Positions 1-15,300 are shown, numbered from the stretch's first letter. The stretch: DNA of 64,000 nt from Octopus sinensis (GCF_006345805.1 NC_043008.1:69440001-69504000); one strand, 5' to 3'. Numbers and translations are program-made. The notes: generated by a model from the sequence alone, not told the origin.

Positions 1-1420
1 GATAATGTCTCAAAATCTAGTAGAAATTATTTTGCATTTGGGTTGGCCTCGTCGATTTTTCAGTTGACCCACTACTGATACGTATATCGCCATCTGGGTT
101 ATAGCTCAACGATGAGGCCGTCTAATGGCCTCGGCAGCTGACATTTTAGTGTGGGGGTCACAAGTACATCTCAATGCCGTTAATACAAAAACACACGTCG
201 AGTCTTTGCTGTCATATTTCTGTTTTATCATACATTATGGTATGATTTGAATTTAAAAAAATTTAAAGAAAAATTCTTAAAACCATAGTATTGAATGGAA
301 ATGGAATTAAATTCGGTTCTTATTAATAAATTAAAATATGTCAAAGTGCTCTACCCTAAGGATTTACAAATTTATGTATTTTAACAAATTGTGAGCTTTT
401 CAAAACTTTAAGATAAAATGATGTTTGCAGTTCGTAGTGTATGATTTTTCTCTACTTAAAACAGCATCTAGATTGGGTGCATATTTTGTAATTTTGTATT
501 ATTACGTTGTCTGTAATGCTTCTAACCCTTCTCCCCGCTGTACTTTGATTACGTTGACAAAGCTTTTGATGTAGAAATTTCCCTGGCGTAGTTTGGTTTA
601 CTGGATCATGGCCTATGCCAACATAACTTCATACAAAACGCGGTTTATTGTTAATGTAATTGAATACCTACACATAATACCCTAATATTTAGCATTCGAG
701 TTATCTTACACACTCTGTGGAGCAATGGAAGTATGGAGGTGCTTGTGGCATCCATTTACGTCCCTTTTGGATTGTAGGTGAAACCCAGGAATGTTTAAAT
801 TTCTCTTTCATTCTTTTAGGTTTCATCTAAGATTTGGATCGATAAATACTGATTCATAAAATTGCGGTTTTTCTTTTTTCTTTGTCTTGACTTATGTTAG
901 ATATCGTTAAAATTGTTATTTTGTTTATAAGTTGACTCGTGGTCTGGTTTACAAGGAATAGGAAATTGTCCAATGAGACCTGCCATCAGACGGGCAAGAA
1001 AGCAACACTTGAATCCTCGAAAGACTGCACTCCGATTTCATAAATATAATTGTGCAGTTTTAACCCTACTTTGCTGAACTCTTTACCACGAAAGACAAAC
1101 TGGAGAAATTTCTTCTACGATATTATACGACATCTACCTTGAGAGTCTACTCCGACTCTCGGTTGAAGATTTAAAACTCTGCGTAAAAAGGGAATTTAGA
1201 AATTGAGTTGGTGGACTTACTGCGTAGTTATGTGATGAAGAAAAATTATCAGGATAGCTTACCCCGATCAGTTGTATGAAAGGTGGATGAGAATGTTGAG
1301 ATAGGCTTGGGTAAATAGCCGATAATGTTAAAATACGCGAGGCTAAATTGGTGTGGCTTTCTGGCAATGACTGGCTGGAGACATTTGCCTTTGCAGTTTC
1401 AGTCTGGATCATCAGAGGTA
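1..1420 (-). mobile_element. Highly degenerate non-LTR retrotransposon RT and post-RT relic (R2-superfamily-like)
   Basis: Minus-strand fragments with stops and frameshifts include FLGFTYNPKG (resembling the RT FKYLG motif) and TALRCTCDPHTKMSAAEA. Positions 95-180 resemble the reverse complement of ~23545-23600. Confidence 0.4.
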
Positions 1421-1426
1421 TGTATG

Positions 1427-1492
<66 letters not shown>

Positions 1493-2035
1493 CACACATA
1501 CACACACACATACATATATATATATATGTATATGTATATGTATATGTATGTATATATATTCGTTTGAATATTTATATAGATATTCGTACTGCTATTACTA
1601 TCAGCAGTAAATTTAGATAAGTGATAATAATAACAAAAATATAGGTGATAGCAAGCAATAATAGCGTTAAATTGCTAGAGAATAAACATTTATGATTATA
1701 ATCAACTTTAATTACAATAGAGGGCATACGAGGCACCTACTTGCTAGAAAGAGGAGCTAAATCCTCAAGTAAACCACCGAATTTCACTGAAATTCATAAC
1801 GGATCTATGGAAATCAGGCAAGCGAGAAAATGTTATCAAAATCATCATAACTCAAAGCAGTAGAATGAAGAAGCGGATATACCTAGATCATGATTTCGAG
1901 TTCTGGCTACTGCTTTTACTCTCCTCACCATGCATCACCGTATGAAAAACGAACTCGCCTCGTTGGAATCCGTGGCGTTCTGAATTGTCCTGCGCAAATT
2001 CATAACGTCTTTAGTGTATTATACATATATATACT

Positions 2036-2350
2036 ATAGAGCGTCGAGCTTACGATCGTGAAGTTGTGAGTTCGAATCCTGGACCGGGCTGCGTGTTGTG
2101 TTCTTGAGCAGGACACTTTATTTCACGTTGCTCCAGTTCACTCAGCTGTAGAAATGAGTTGCGACGTCACAGGTGCCAAGCTGTATCGGCCTTTGCCTTT
2201 CCAATGGATAACACTGGTGGCATGGAGAGGGGAGACCGGTATGCACGGGCGACTGCTGGCCTTCCATAAAACAACCTTGTCCAGACTTGTGCCTGAGAGG
2301 GTAACTTTCAAGGTGCAATGCCATGGTCAGTCATGACCTAAGGGGGTCTC
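2036..2350 (+). mobile_element. SINE family A copy
   Basis: Near-identical to 13085-13400, with B box gttcgaatcc. Confidence 0.85.
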
Positions 2351-2361
2351 AGCTCAGCGGA

Positions 2362-2408
<47 letters not shown>

Positions 2409-3842
2409 AGAAGTAACAAACTAAGGAAAAAAATTCCTTCAAAGAGGTGAGTCAGTTGAATACCATATAAATAGGTGTATAATGCATATTACACACAATA
2501 AACTAAATAGAAATATTCAATTGACAATCAAATAATTTATTTATTTTATAAGATAATATCCTATGAATATCATATGATGTAACAAAATATTATTTTTAAA
2601 AAAACCCCAAAAACCCAACAATTTGTTTCGACTTATATATACAGTATTTGATTTATAAACAATTCATATCCATTTATGTAAGTCACTTCAGCGCTTTAGT
2701 TAAAAAGACAGACGAAATTCCGTGTTAAAGGATGGCTGGTTTGCAAAAAGATTAATTGAAATGCCTATGTTTAGGAGCGTGAGCGTTAACTTTTCAACTG
2801 TATAACAATTAGAAATAAATAAAAATTATAATGGACAAGATAATTAAGTAAATAGAATCTACAACTATCGAAATATATTTCTATATATATCTCAAATAAT
2901 ATCAATCGAAATTCGTTTAGGTCGACGACAAGCTTTGACTATTTTAGTAACATGCAACAATAATATATAAGTATATAAATTAAGTATCAGAGTTTTACAG
3001 AGAAGTAAGAAGGGTAAAACTATTTATGAATTCTGACAAAAGATAATAATGAAAATCTCACCAAAATTGGATAGTCTTCCTGAAATTCTTGAACATTAAA
3101 GAGAACATGGTGGAGCTAATGAAGACTATGAAGGAGGAGGACAATAAAGATACTGTTTTGAATAAGTAAGTGTTTGGGAAGAATATATGGAACACAATTA
3201 TGCAAAAAATGGGGAAATAAACCACGCCGTTTGAATATCACCGGCGACCAAAGTTGAACTGCCAAAAGTATTTAGGAGCTCTCTGGATTTGACAAAAAGC
3301 GAAGAGGCTGACGAGCAAATTTAGGAATATCACATTGTAAAAAGCGATTAGAGTGGAACGGGATTAGTGTTGAGGTGTCTTAGACAAACAGAGGAGGCTA
3401 CTTCTACCTCTTTTGTGAGAGGATTTCCATTTATTTGGGTACTGAAGTTTTAAACTTGTTTCAATACATTTTAGTAGGTTTGTAGGTTTTTTTCCTCTGC
3501 TGCTGTATTTATACATACATTCATACTTGCAGACACACACATGCGCGGTTCATATGTATAGAAAACGAAAGATAGAGGCAGGTAAGAGAAAAACAAGCAT
3601 GTGTATTAGTTTGATGCTCGGGAAAAATGGAAAAGTCTTTGATGTTTCTAGCCTACGCTCTCCGACAGAAAGGGATGAAAAAGAAAAGAAAAAAAATGGA
3701 GAGAGACAGAAAAAAACCGAGAGAGAAAGAATTTGTCGGGTTTAACGGTTCCACACGTTGAAATACATATACATACATGCATACATACATACATATACAT
3801 ACATTTATATTTATGTATTTATATGCATATGCGCGAGTGCGA

Positions 3843-3920
<78 letters not shown>

Positions 3921-3923
3921 TAT

Positions 3924-3954
<31 letters not shown>

Positions 3955-4083
3955 ATATACATATATATATACTTATGTGCTTACATCACGTGTACTGTAT
4001 AGTATATATGGGCCCTTGTGACTAATAAGGGATTAATATAAATATTTTTTCACTTTCTGCTTCTTCATTCTCATATTTTCTCT

Positions 4084-4117
<34 letters not shown>

Positions 4118-4139
4118 CATTATTATTATATTATTATTA

Positions 4140-4174
<35 letters not shown>

Positions 4175-4182
4175 TATTATTA

Positions 4183-4219
<37 letters not shown>

Positions 4220-5157
4220 AATTTTCCTTGTTTCTTTTCTATTTCTTTTCCACCTCCTTCACTTCTCTATGTTGTTGTTGTTAGTCTGACGTAGATATCT
4301 GTAACCCTTAAGTAGACATGGTTTCTGGTGTTACCTGCATTGTTGTTATATTGCAACGTTATTGATTGTATTCTGCAAATATGCGTGCATTTCACTGCAA
4401 TGGCAGCAACAACACACTATTGGAAACTTTCCTTTTATATATGGATTCACGTTTAGCTTCATTTACATGTTCTATAATAATCAGAAACGTTCTTTTGTCC
4501 ACACTCCACATTTTCACGATTTTTCCATTTCCATGGTCTTTGTAACTACTGAATTCAACAATTGCTTTCACTGACTTCTAGTTATTGTTGCTTCTGTTGT
4601 TGTTGTTCTTCTTCTAGTTATTGTTATTGCTGTTATTGACGTTGTTGCTGCGATTGTTGTTGCTATTTTGTCGGTTAGACGTGATTCTTCTATCAGCGAT
4701 GTACATTCTAAAACGCTTTTTACTCTCTAATGACAATGTCAGATCGGTTAGCTCTTATTTCTCTGTCTGTGTATTTGTAGATGCCAGAGGACAGCAGGTT
4801 TCTTATATAATCAACACGACATCTTTATTGTCTACATTAGATTATGTTTCCTTTCAAATTTTCACTTTCAATGAGGCAGAGATCAGGAAGCAGGTCATGA
4901 GAGTGGGAAAAATACTTTCATATCCAATGACAATTTTTCTAACGAATGTAATTTTATTTTTACCTTTTTCCTCAAGTAGGTGATAGGAGGAGCAGCAATA
5001 AGCATGAGTCTTTATTCAATGGGACTGATGGGAAGAAAACAGGAAGTTATCTCCTCACTACAGACCCGACCTGGATACTTGCAACAGAGTGGTTTTAGCT
5101 AAAAAAAACGTTCAGTGATGTTAATAACAATTACTATAATATAAACAACAATAGCAA

Positions 5158-5200
<43 letters not shown>

Positions 5201-5204
5201 GGGC

Positions 5205-5610
5205 ACTGCTACTATTCTGCTCAATACTATGTCTCTTATTTGCTGGCGATATGTGCAACTCTGATCACGAGCAGAAGTAGTGAGGAAGCATCATAGCCAT
5301 GTGCTGAGAGAGATTCTTCGGGGTTTGAATAATTCACCTTTGGAAACATGAGGGTTTCGTTCATCATTCTTAAACAGACTTTATTTAGCGACCTTTTGAG
5401 CGGGATGGGTTACTCGACTTGAAGAAAATTGTAGCTTGGCTCCACCAGCAAGGTCATGCACTGTTTATCATGATGTGAGATCACTATGTCGCGCACAAAT
5501 GGTTGTGATGCATATACCCGCTGTAACTTATCAGACGGGTAGTTATCATGGGTTCGTATTTTGTACCCCAGTGTTACATTGGTGACATGCATTGCTCTCG
5601 CAGTCAATAA
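5205..5610. mobile_element. Family E partial copy
   Basis: tattctgctcaata...gcattgctctcgcagtcaataa matches 37720-38170. Confidence 0.7.
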
Positions 5611-5808
5611 CAGTAAGAATGGTTTCAAATTCTGGTACAACGCTTGCAAGTTCAGGGGCAGGAGCAAGTCGACAACGTCAAACCCAGAGCTCAACTGGTA
5701 CTTATTTTATCGACCCCGAAAGGATGAAAGGTAAAATCAACTCTGGCAGGATAAAAATGCTGCTTAGCATTTTCCCCGGCGCGGTAGCCATTCTGCCAAC
5801 TCTCCGGC

Positions 5809-5852
<44 letters not shown>

Positions 5853-5933
5853 CCTTTCTACTGTAGACACATGGTCTGAAATTTTGTGGGAATGGACAAG
5901 TCAATTACATCGAACCTAGTGTTTCATTGTTAC

Positions 5934-6004
<71 letters not shown>

Positions 6005-6239
6005 CACATTTCTGTTATTAGCCACAAAATCCCAAGACATTCAGGAAATGACATGGATGCAAGCACACATGCAACACAAAAATTTGTGGAAAAAGAAGTC
6101 AGCAAAAACGATATAGAAATATAAAAGTCAACTCGCAAAAACGAAATAATTCTCCAAAAGAAAAAAATGGTCATTTGGAATGATTCGGAGGAAACACCAC
6201 CGAAAATATGCATTACTAACCAAGGCACCAAAAATACCC

Positions 6240-7100
6240 TCCCCCACTCTCGTTTCTCCTACTTTAAAATGTGCGTTGACGCTTGGTTCTTGAGCTTCAC
6301 CACTTTCACCTAACTTTTATCTAACAGAGTAGAAGGTAGCGCCTTTCTCTCTACCTTCAGTTTTTTCTTCAAGTTGCATGTGAAGAAGTTGATAAAGGTT
6401 TGAACAGAGATGAAGAAGCCAAGCTTCAAAGCTTTCAGACTCGTACACCACATTACTTCTTCTGTCATAACAACTAAACAGAGAAGGAATAGCCATCCTT
6501 ATCTGCCAAAAGGCAGGTGGCGCATTGATTTACAAAATAAATTCGGCTGATAGCTGGATTTGGCGTCCCTGCAACAGGAGCTCAGGAGTTGAGAATGCAC
6601 AGACGCTGAACGATCGTGTGCTGCAGGTTTTGTTCCCCTTGCGCACATTTCGTGTAGGTTTACCTGTTGACGCTTTTATGCTTATCGCAAACAATTCATA
6701 CCTCTCCAGCACTGTCATGTCTGGAACTTTCAGAAATTGAACAGTCCTTGAAAATTCTCCAAGAGGTGACTGCTCAGTCTGTTCTAGTCAATGCCCAGTG
6801 TCGCTACCAGGTCATTGTCGATCATATTTTCTATAACTTGATACAGAATGTGAAGTTAGTTTTCCTGCGTTGCCCAGCTACTACGGTCCTGCGAGTATCT
6901 GTAAACTTCTTGAAGTCTGGCATTGAACTTCGGTTTAAGCTTTACTCATCGTTGCTGCTCGGCTAAGAAGACGAGCTGCAGAAAGACGTGTCGTATGAAA
7001 AACACCCACACCAGTCCGAAATCGTTTCCTTGGCAGTGTTCAGGACATTTCTGAAGGTGCATCAGCCTCGGCGTTTCGCAGCAGATAAACTAAAAAGACG
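6240..7100 (-). mobile_element. Tx1/L1-like LINE ORF2 C-terminal relic
   Basis: Minus-strand pieces YTKCAQGEQNLQHTIVQ (zinc-knuckle-like), ELLLQGRQIQLSAEFIL and LVVMTEEVMWCTSLKALK...INFFTCNLKKKLKVERK, broken by stops and frameshifts. Confidence 0.6.
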
Positions 7101-7859
7101 AAATAGTTCTTTCCATACGCAGCAAAAAAACAAAACAAAAAAAAACATGCGTTCCAGTCATGTCATATGTTTATTGGGACAAGACACGGTGGTTAATTAG
7201 TAGGACACCATCTTATGTGGCGTAGTTATTAGCCACTTCCGTCTGGCTATTTCTTCTCTGCCCATTTCTGGATGAATTGGCTCCCTGCTCACCACATACT
7301 CAGTTCTTCCCACTTGTAAACCGAGTCCAATAAAATCTTGTAGCGCTTTAGTCGAGCCCTCGATCCAGTTACAGATTTTGCCGTATTCTAGACCTGTTCC
7401 TGCGTGTATCGAGTTGCAAGCCCTCCGACTTGTCCTCACTGATGTAATTTGCCGTATTCTGCTAGCACCCTTTCAGCTTCTATGAGGCTATGACGGCCAT
7501 GTCGTTAGTATCGATTCTTATATGGATTCAGTATGGATTCAGCCATTTTGAGGGAAGATGGTTAGTCAATTAAATTGACCCAGTACTTAACAGGTATTTT
7601 ATTTTATCGAACCCGTAAGGTTAAAACGCAAGGTTGACCGCAGTGGGATTTTAACTCAGAATATAAAGAGCTACACCAAATACCACATGGCATTTTCTTA
7701 CTGATACTTTAAGAGTTTTGCCAGTAAGAATCAATGTCTCTTATGCTTTTACAAGTTATGTCATTGTAGTGAAAACTAAGCATTTACTTCTTTCTCTATC
7801 CTCTAATTTTTTTCTCCAATTCGAAATATACGCTTTTGTTTCCATTCTAAGTGTATATT

Positions 7860-8310
7860 CCGTTCTCTAATCCGTTCTCTAATCCCATTCTCAGTATATT
7901 CCCTAATCCAATTCTAAATTTATCTATTAATCCGATTCCAAAAATATTTACTAATCCTGTTCTAAATATTCTGTAATCCCTTTCTAAATATTTAGTAATT
8001 CTATTCTAAATATATTCTCTCATACCACTCTAAATATATTCTCTAATTCTATTCTAAATATATTCGCTGATCTTATTCTAAAAATATATTCGTTAATCTT
8101 ATACTAAATATATTCTCTATTGCCCTCTAAATATATTTTCTAATCCTATTTTAGATATATTCACCAATTCCATTCTAACTATTCTCTAGTCGTATTCTAA
8201 ATATATTCTCTAATTCCATTTTAAATATACTCTCTGATCCTCCTATTTTAATACATTCTCTAATTCTATTACCAATATATACTTCTATTCTATGCCTAAT
8301 ATATTCTTTG
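7860..8310. repeat. Degenerate AT-rich minisatellite, unit ~22-24 bp (ctaattctattctaaatatattct)
   Basis: Periodic ctaat...ttctaaatat variants. Confidence 0.8.
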
Positions 8311-9080
8311 ACAATTTATTTGCCTAAGAATTCCTATATTCAATTAAAAAAAGAGAAATGAAAAAACTTTTCTCTCTTACATTGAATCAAAACATATACA
8401 TACTTCCATTTTGTTCTGAAAAGCTCATTTTTTTTTCATTCAGTCACTAGAATATTCTATCGTTCAATTTTCTCAATATTCTTTCATTCCATTATGCTAT
8501 CATCAGAGATATTTCAACACTGAATCATTCAAAATATGCAAAAAAAAAAGTAATCCCCTAAAAAATTCTCATGAAAATATATCCACAATTGTATTTGCAT
8601 TCTATTCTACTTCTTTCTCGAACACACATTTTTCTCTATTTTTCATTCTTTTTATATGATAATCTTCCATTCTGTTGCTCCATTATCCTTGTATGGTTGG
8701 AACTAGGTAAGTTCATCTTTATGTTATATTAACAGAGAATGTTCTATGCATGGTATAGAAGCTTAATAATAATTTAATCTAATATACGTGCAAGAATATA
8801 CACAAAAATATACTTGGATGTATAAATGTTTGTAACTCGTGTTTATTGTCCATAAGTTTGGCATAAGAAAGGATTTCTTTTGCCGGACAGCAACATTTCG
8901 CCATTAAGTTTTCGGTAAGATGGAAGAAATTTGGTGGTACATATAAACAGAAAGTCTTTCTTACAGGTGAGGATACGATGCTATCGGAAACCAATGACTA
9001 TGTAGAGTGCAAAATATGTGTATACATGCATATGCATAAATATATATATGTATGTATATGTGTATGTGTGTGTATGTGTA

Positions 9081-9115
<35 letters not shown>

Positions 9116-10131
9116 AAAACAAAAGATGGAACAAGAACTAACAGGAGACAACAAAACATGCGGACAGTTATATGATACAAAGAAGGACAGGAAAAATAAG
9201 GACGTGTCGTTCGAAGCTTCCTATCCTCAGTCGAGTTCCATATCGTTTTTGCAGTTTCGGCTGGTTACACTTGAGACTGCTCCAATCTGGCGTGCCCTAA
9301 GAAAATCTAAGCTAAGCGGACTAGACACCTTGGAAGAAAGCAAGCGAATGTATACGAAAACAAGGACGAAAAACAAAGGGAGAAATGGTACACAATTACA
9401 AATACAAAAAAACAAGACATTAACAACGAGGTGTCTTTCGACTAAGGACGAATCAAATTAAGGTAGCATGTGTGAAAGTGAAGCCTCGGGGGAGGAACAT
9501 AGGAGGTGAAAGTAATGTGAAGGAATGCAAGAGATGCTACACGGATGGTAGTCGAACCAAGAAAGAAATGTCAGTCTTGGCGGAACACCGGTCACGTGGA
9601 AGGAGAGGAGAGGGGTAGGGGCAGAGAGAGACACACACAAACATACACGCACATATGTATATAAGCTTCCAAATAGTGTATTTTGCATATATATACTTGT
9701 GGTCGACAAAATAAAGTACCAGACAAGTGCATATTTATATATATATATATATTATATATATATATATATACGAGTAGATATTTATTTATTTATGCATGCA
9801 AGTATGAATTAGAAGCAGTGGTAGTTTTGAAAATATTACCGAACACACTCAATGTACGCATCTTCTTTCTTCGCTGATAGGCTGCAAACTAGCACAATGG
9901 AGATGACTCCATCAAACCACCAGGTGTTAAAGTACCAGAAAGTAATAGACAGAGGAGACAAGTCAGCCCAAATCCTATTCAAGAACTTGAATGTTGGTGT
10001 TTCGCCATTTATGTGACTTATCTACATCACCCAACTGAGCTGTATTACTAGTCCATGACTATATGCAAATATCGATTACTATCGCTACTTAATAGGATCT
10101 GGAATGAGTATTCTGTTTCTAGTATATCAAC

Positions 10132-10208
<77 letters not shown>

Positions 10209-10971
10209 CATGTGTGTGTGCGTGTGCGTATGAATGTATGTATATGTATAGCTTTTGATTCAGACCTTACAAGAAGTGACCTCTTTTATTGTGTGGACAC
10301 AATCAACTGACCTGAGAATTAGTGTTTATAAAATTTAACAATATTTATACAGAAAGGTTCACATATGGCAGCGGCCTAATATATTAAAAAGGAAATAGCT
10401 TAAGAAAAAGTTAGTGTTTTGGGGTCTTTTTATTTATTCATTTAATTATCTTTTAATTTATTTTATTGTTTTTGTAATGATAGCTGTTCAAATGGAAGTG
10501 AATTCTAACTTCAAATCAAGAACTGAACATAACAGTTAAAATCCTTAAACAATAACAATAATTATAGCTTTCACCAGGGATTGTAACTTCGCAGCCAACG
10601 AGCCATTAATGGTAAAATCTTATCTACTTAAAAACGACGGAGGCTTAGAAAAATATGCTGAATCCAATCTTTCAGATCAAATTCTAATATACCAATAAAA
10701 AATGTGTTATCGGTACGAAAAATTCTGATTTTTAGGCCATATATGTGTAGATAAACATTGCAATTATAATTGAGCAGGAGTTTCGTCTCCTTTTGTGAAA
10801 TATGTAGAAATGGGGAAATACACATCTCTGTTACTTTTATCCAATAAATCAAGTTTAAGTATTGGTCTGTAAAATATCATGTCAGTTTCCCTTATATTTT
10901 TACCAATCATCAACTATTTACATCAAAACCTGATCCATCAGTTGGTTACAAAATTAGGTTGCAGGTCTAAG

Positions 10972-11395
10972 CTAAGTGGCGTGGCTGTGTCGTAAGAAAT
11001 ATGCATCCCAGCCATACGGTTCTAGGTTCAGTCCCACTGTGTGGCACCTTTGGCAATTATCTTCACTATAGTCTCTAGTGCGCCAGAGCCTTGTCAGTGG
11101 ATTTTGGTAGATAGAAACTGAGAGACGCCCAGCGTATACATATATGTGTGTGTGCGTGTTTGTGTGTGTGTTTTTGTGTCAATGTTTGCGCCCCCCTCCC
11201 CGCCGCCACTGTTTGACAACCAGTGTTAGTGTGTTTATGTCCCCGTAAGTTAGTGGTTCGGCAAAAAACTCCGATAAAATAAGTACGAGATTTTTTTTTA
11301 AAGTTCTGGGATTAATTTGTACGACTAAAATCTCTCCAGGCGGTGCCCCAGTATGGCAGTCAAATGACAGAAAGAAGTAAAAAACAAAAGATTTA
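10972..11395 (+). mobile_element. SINE family B copy (diverged)
   Basis: gtggctgtgtcgtaag...ggttcagtccc...caaatgacagaaagaagtaaaa. Confidence 0.75.
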
Positions 11396-11442
11396 TAATA
11401 ATCCGTGACAGCGCTACTGAAAATAAACATTAATCCAGATTT

Positions 11443-11812
11443 AAACTAGAGCACTCAGAGAGCGCAGACCTCCACTAAGGCAACACCAACGTCCACTCAA
11501 CGATTAGCCGGAGATGATTTTTTAAATGAGAATATCTGAAATAAACTCGACTGCTCTCACAAACGAGAATACTAAAAATGAACCCGACTGCTCTCAAAAA
11601 TTAAGTAAAAAAAAAACGGAAAAATAATCCAGAATCCTTGTCCGGTATCAGATCGATCCCAAAATCTAATCAGTTCGTGCCAGTCACGAGGCCAAACATC
11701 CCTGAGAGTTTCATCTGAATCAATCCAGCGGTTCTTGAGATATCTTGTCACGGACAAACAAACAAACACGACTGAAACAATACCACCGTCTTCATTAGGG
11801 CGGAAGCAATAA
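11443..11812. mobile_element. Interspersed non-autonomous element (Helitron-like), family D copy
   Basis: Highly similar to 22120-22492 and, inverted, to 50372-50605. Has a caaa microsatellite and a GC hairpin end (ccgtcttcattagggcgg). Confidence 0.6.
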
Positions 11813-12568
11813 ACATATGTAACAGGATAGGTAATATTTATCTTTTAGCCTGGAGAGAAGAGAATACTTATGACCCCTCACAGGGTCTTTGACGTTTATG
11901 AGGAGTCGGAATCATATACTAAAGTCCGAGAGAACTTCCAACAGAGTGGACGCTCCTAAAATGCGCCCAAGATATCAAGTAGTGGTGTTAAAACTGAATA
12001 ACTGCTTAAGCCAAGTAGTCTATAGTGCAATTTGAATCACAACACAAGGATCCGGGTAGAGTAATGCAAAACATCCAGTGCGAGGTTTTTTTACATTTTC
12101 GCCAATCAACCATCATTGATTGCTACTATAAAGTAACGACCCTGAAAATACGAAAGTAAAAGTTGAACTCTGCAGCATTCGCACTCAGACTGAATATACT
12201 CTATCTGCTATGCTCCCTGATTTAACATGCTTGTTTAAAACAATTACAAACGAAAATTATAAGTTTACTTTCTAAGATTACTATTACCATCTTCAGAATA
12301 AGTATATTTCAGTAAAATTTATATACGATTATATATATATATATCAGAGACACATGTATACAAATCTATTAATACTAGTCTTGAAGACATCGAAATTAAA
12401 AACATTCGTAAAAATTGGTTCTTAGTCTATGATAAAACCTTCAGTAGATTTCTACACATCTAACCATTCTTTGACGTCATCTGAACGTAAGTCAATATAT
12501 TTGTATACAGACTTGATCCGATATTTATTCTATATGTCAATACAAACACACACACACACATACACACA

Positions 12569-12599
<31 letters not shown>

Positions 12600-12891
12600 C
12601 CACACACACACATACAAACACACATATACCCTTTAACACAGAAAAAAATTCATATTTCCACGTATATAGAAATCTTAGTTCGCTATGGCACATAACAAAA
12701 CTAAAAAAAAACCTGCTGTATCCGTAAATATAATAATAGACTCACAATAGATGCCTTCAACCAAGCAACATTTTTTCCCTCTAATACATATAGAGATATT
12801 GAAAATATACACTTTTATATTCACTCACTATCCTAGATATTGCTGTACGTACACAGTTAGATATATGACACATGCAACAAATACACTTAGT

Positions 12892-12981
<90 letters not shown>

Positions 12982-13062
12982 GTGTGTATATATGTGTATA
13001 TGTGTGTATGTATGTATGTACGCATATATGTATGTATATATATATATGTATTATTTATATGT

Positions 13063-13402
13063 GAAGGCGCATGGCTCAGTGGTTAGAGCATCGAGCTTAC
13101 GATCCTGAGGTTGTGAGCTCGAATCCCGGACCGGGCTGCGTGTTGTGTTCTCGAGCAAGGCACTTTATTTCACGTTGCCCCAGTTCACTCAGCTGTAGAA
13201 ATGAGTTGCGACGTCACTGGTGCCAAGCTGTATCGACCTTTGTCTTTCCCTTAGATAACACTGGTGGTGTGGAGAGGGGAGGCTGGTATGCATGGGCGAC
13301 TGCTGGTCTTCCATAAACAACCTTGCCCGGACTTGTGTCTAGGAGGGTAACTTTCTAGGTGCAATCCCATGGTCATTCATGACCGAAGGGGGTCTTTACC
13401 CT
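13063..13402 (+). mobile_element. tRNA-derived SINE, family A (full length)
   Basis: A box tggctcagtggttag and B-box-like gctcgaatcc. The body matches 2036-2350 (+), 17770-18084 (-) and 44595-44928 (-). Confidence 0.85.
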
Positions 13403-13793
13403 TTATTATTATTTTATATACTTTTATTCGTTTATACGCCTCAGCCCTAAGGCTGTGGCCATGTTGGAGCACCACCATTTATATATGAACTAATTCTTTT
13501 CTATAATATCTCGAAGTGCACATTGAAAGCTACAAATAACAGCATATAAATATTGCGTGGAAAACTCTTTTTAATATAATTATGCACGTATATGTACCTT
13601 TACATAACTCGACTCCTATGTATATTCCCCAACACCTACTTCATTATACTTTATATATATATACATATATATAAAGTGAGTGAGAGAGAAAGACATATAG
13701 ACATATAATGAGATAGATACATACATAGACACACACACACACTCATACACACACAAACAAAGATATACATAACTATTATACATCAAATGAATA

Positions 13794-15300
13794 CACAGGG
13801 TGTGAAAGGTATTTGAGGACATATTTGGTGAGTAAATTAATATAACTAATCGAGCAAAAACTAACGTGCATGTTCTCGATAAACCTTTTAATAAGATTAT
13901 TTTATGAGCATGCCTTTAGCTTTGATGACCGCCTCAATGCCGGATTAGAATTTTTGACTTGCTGCCACTAAATGTTCCTTGTTCACTTCGGAGTTCACCC
14001 CGACAAGGTCGGCTTTCAGTGAAGCTTTAGTATTGAGAAAATGTCGATTAGTTTCCATTTCAACAACGTTCCAAACGTTTCACTTCATGGTAATTTGACG
14101 AATTTTGAGCGCACAAGTTTGGTGTTACATGATCGTAAATATTGTCTGTCATTTATTCTGTGCTGACGTGAACTTTGAGAGAAGGTACTGAGTCTTGTTG
14201 AAATACGTACAGATTTCCGTTGCTCCCTTCATCCATACAGAGCCTGGTAACTATCGAGCACCTCAATATATCTAGCGGCATTAAATCTAAGACCATACTT
14301 GTGGAAAGCATGTCATGACCTTTGTGGCATGACATGACCTTCGTGACATGACACGACCTTCGTTGCATGACATGACCTTCGTTAGTCACCACACTCCTAT
14401 GGCCATCACATTTGATGAAAATTTTATGTGCATCACTCTGGGGACATCAGAAGAGTCTGCACATAACTATCTATCATTTCACCTGTTAGACTTTTGGTTT
14501 TAATATAAGTTATTCGCCTCAAAGTGGAAGCACGTGGCTTAGTGTTTAGGGTGTTAGACTCATTACCGTAAGATTGTGGTTTCAATTCCTGAAACCGGTG
14601 ATGCGTTGTGTTCTTGAACAAAGCTCTTCATTTCAAGTTGCTCCAGTCCACTCAGCTGGTAAACACGAGTAATTCTGCGACAGACCGTCGTCCCGTTCGG
14701 GTAGGAAATGGATTTACCATGGAAACCGGTAAATCGACCCTTGTGAGATTGTATGACTCGGGAAGGTTTTATTCTTCTTTTTGAATTCTCATCACTGAAC
14801 CAAACTATGTCACAATGGTGAGGGTTTTTTAAAGTTGAACTGCTTGGCACAGACCAAACGGATATCCTGCGAATTTTCAGAAATAAATAGGCTTCTCCCT
14901 TGTAAATACGACTTATATTGACCGTCCTCATTCACCACAGTTCTAATAGTCTACTCTGACATCTGATCTTCTTTGGCAATCGCTCTCATTGATTTTCAGA
15001 GATTATAATCGGTAATGTTTTGAATCCGTTAAATAAACTGCGGTGTCTTTATACTTCCCGAGTATCTATATATTTTGTTCTTTTTGATACGGTTGAAACA
15101 TTGCCGCCACGACCTTTCAATTTTATCCGAACTTTTTATACAAAACATCTTGCAACATTTAGGAAGTTGGTAAGTTCTAAATCGTTGTTCCGCACATGTG
15201 GTAACAATGACTGCTTGTCTTCTCGTTTCTTGTATTAGTATTTTATCTACGATGGCAGAACTGAGTGAAATAAACCCTTCTTTCTAGTTAAGTGTCTTCA
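13794..15300 (-). mobile_element. Degenerate Tc1/mariner-superfamily transposon interrupted by a SINE
   Basis: Minus-strand fragments MRAIAKEDQMSE*TIRTVVNED, LKNPHHCDIVWFSDEN (first catalytic D), VTNEGHVM and YVFQQDSVPS (second D). TIR-like tacacagggtgt at ~13794. SINE inserted at ~14527-14775. Confidence 0.75.

Noticed and set aside
9195-9262. Hammerhead-like CTGAGGA...GAAC on the minus strand
   Set aside because: One core A is missing, stem II is weak and stem I does not pair. It is at best a decayed relic.
13063-13140. tRNA genes (also at 63525-63590 and other SINE heads)
   Set aside because: A and B boxes are present, but there is no full cloverleaf and each runs into a SINE body.
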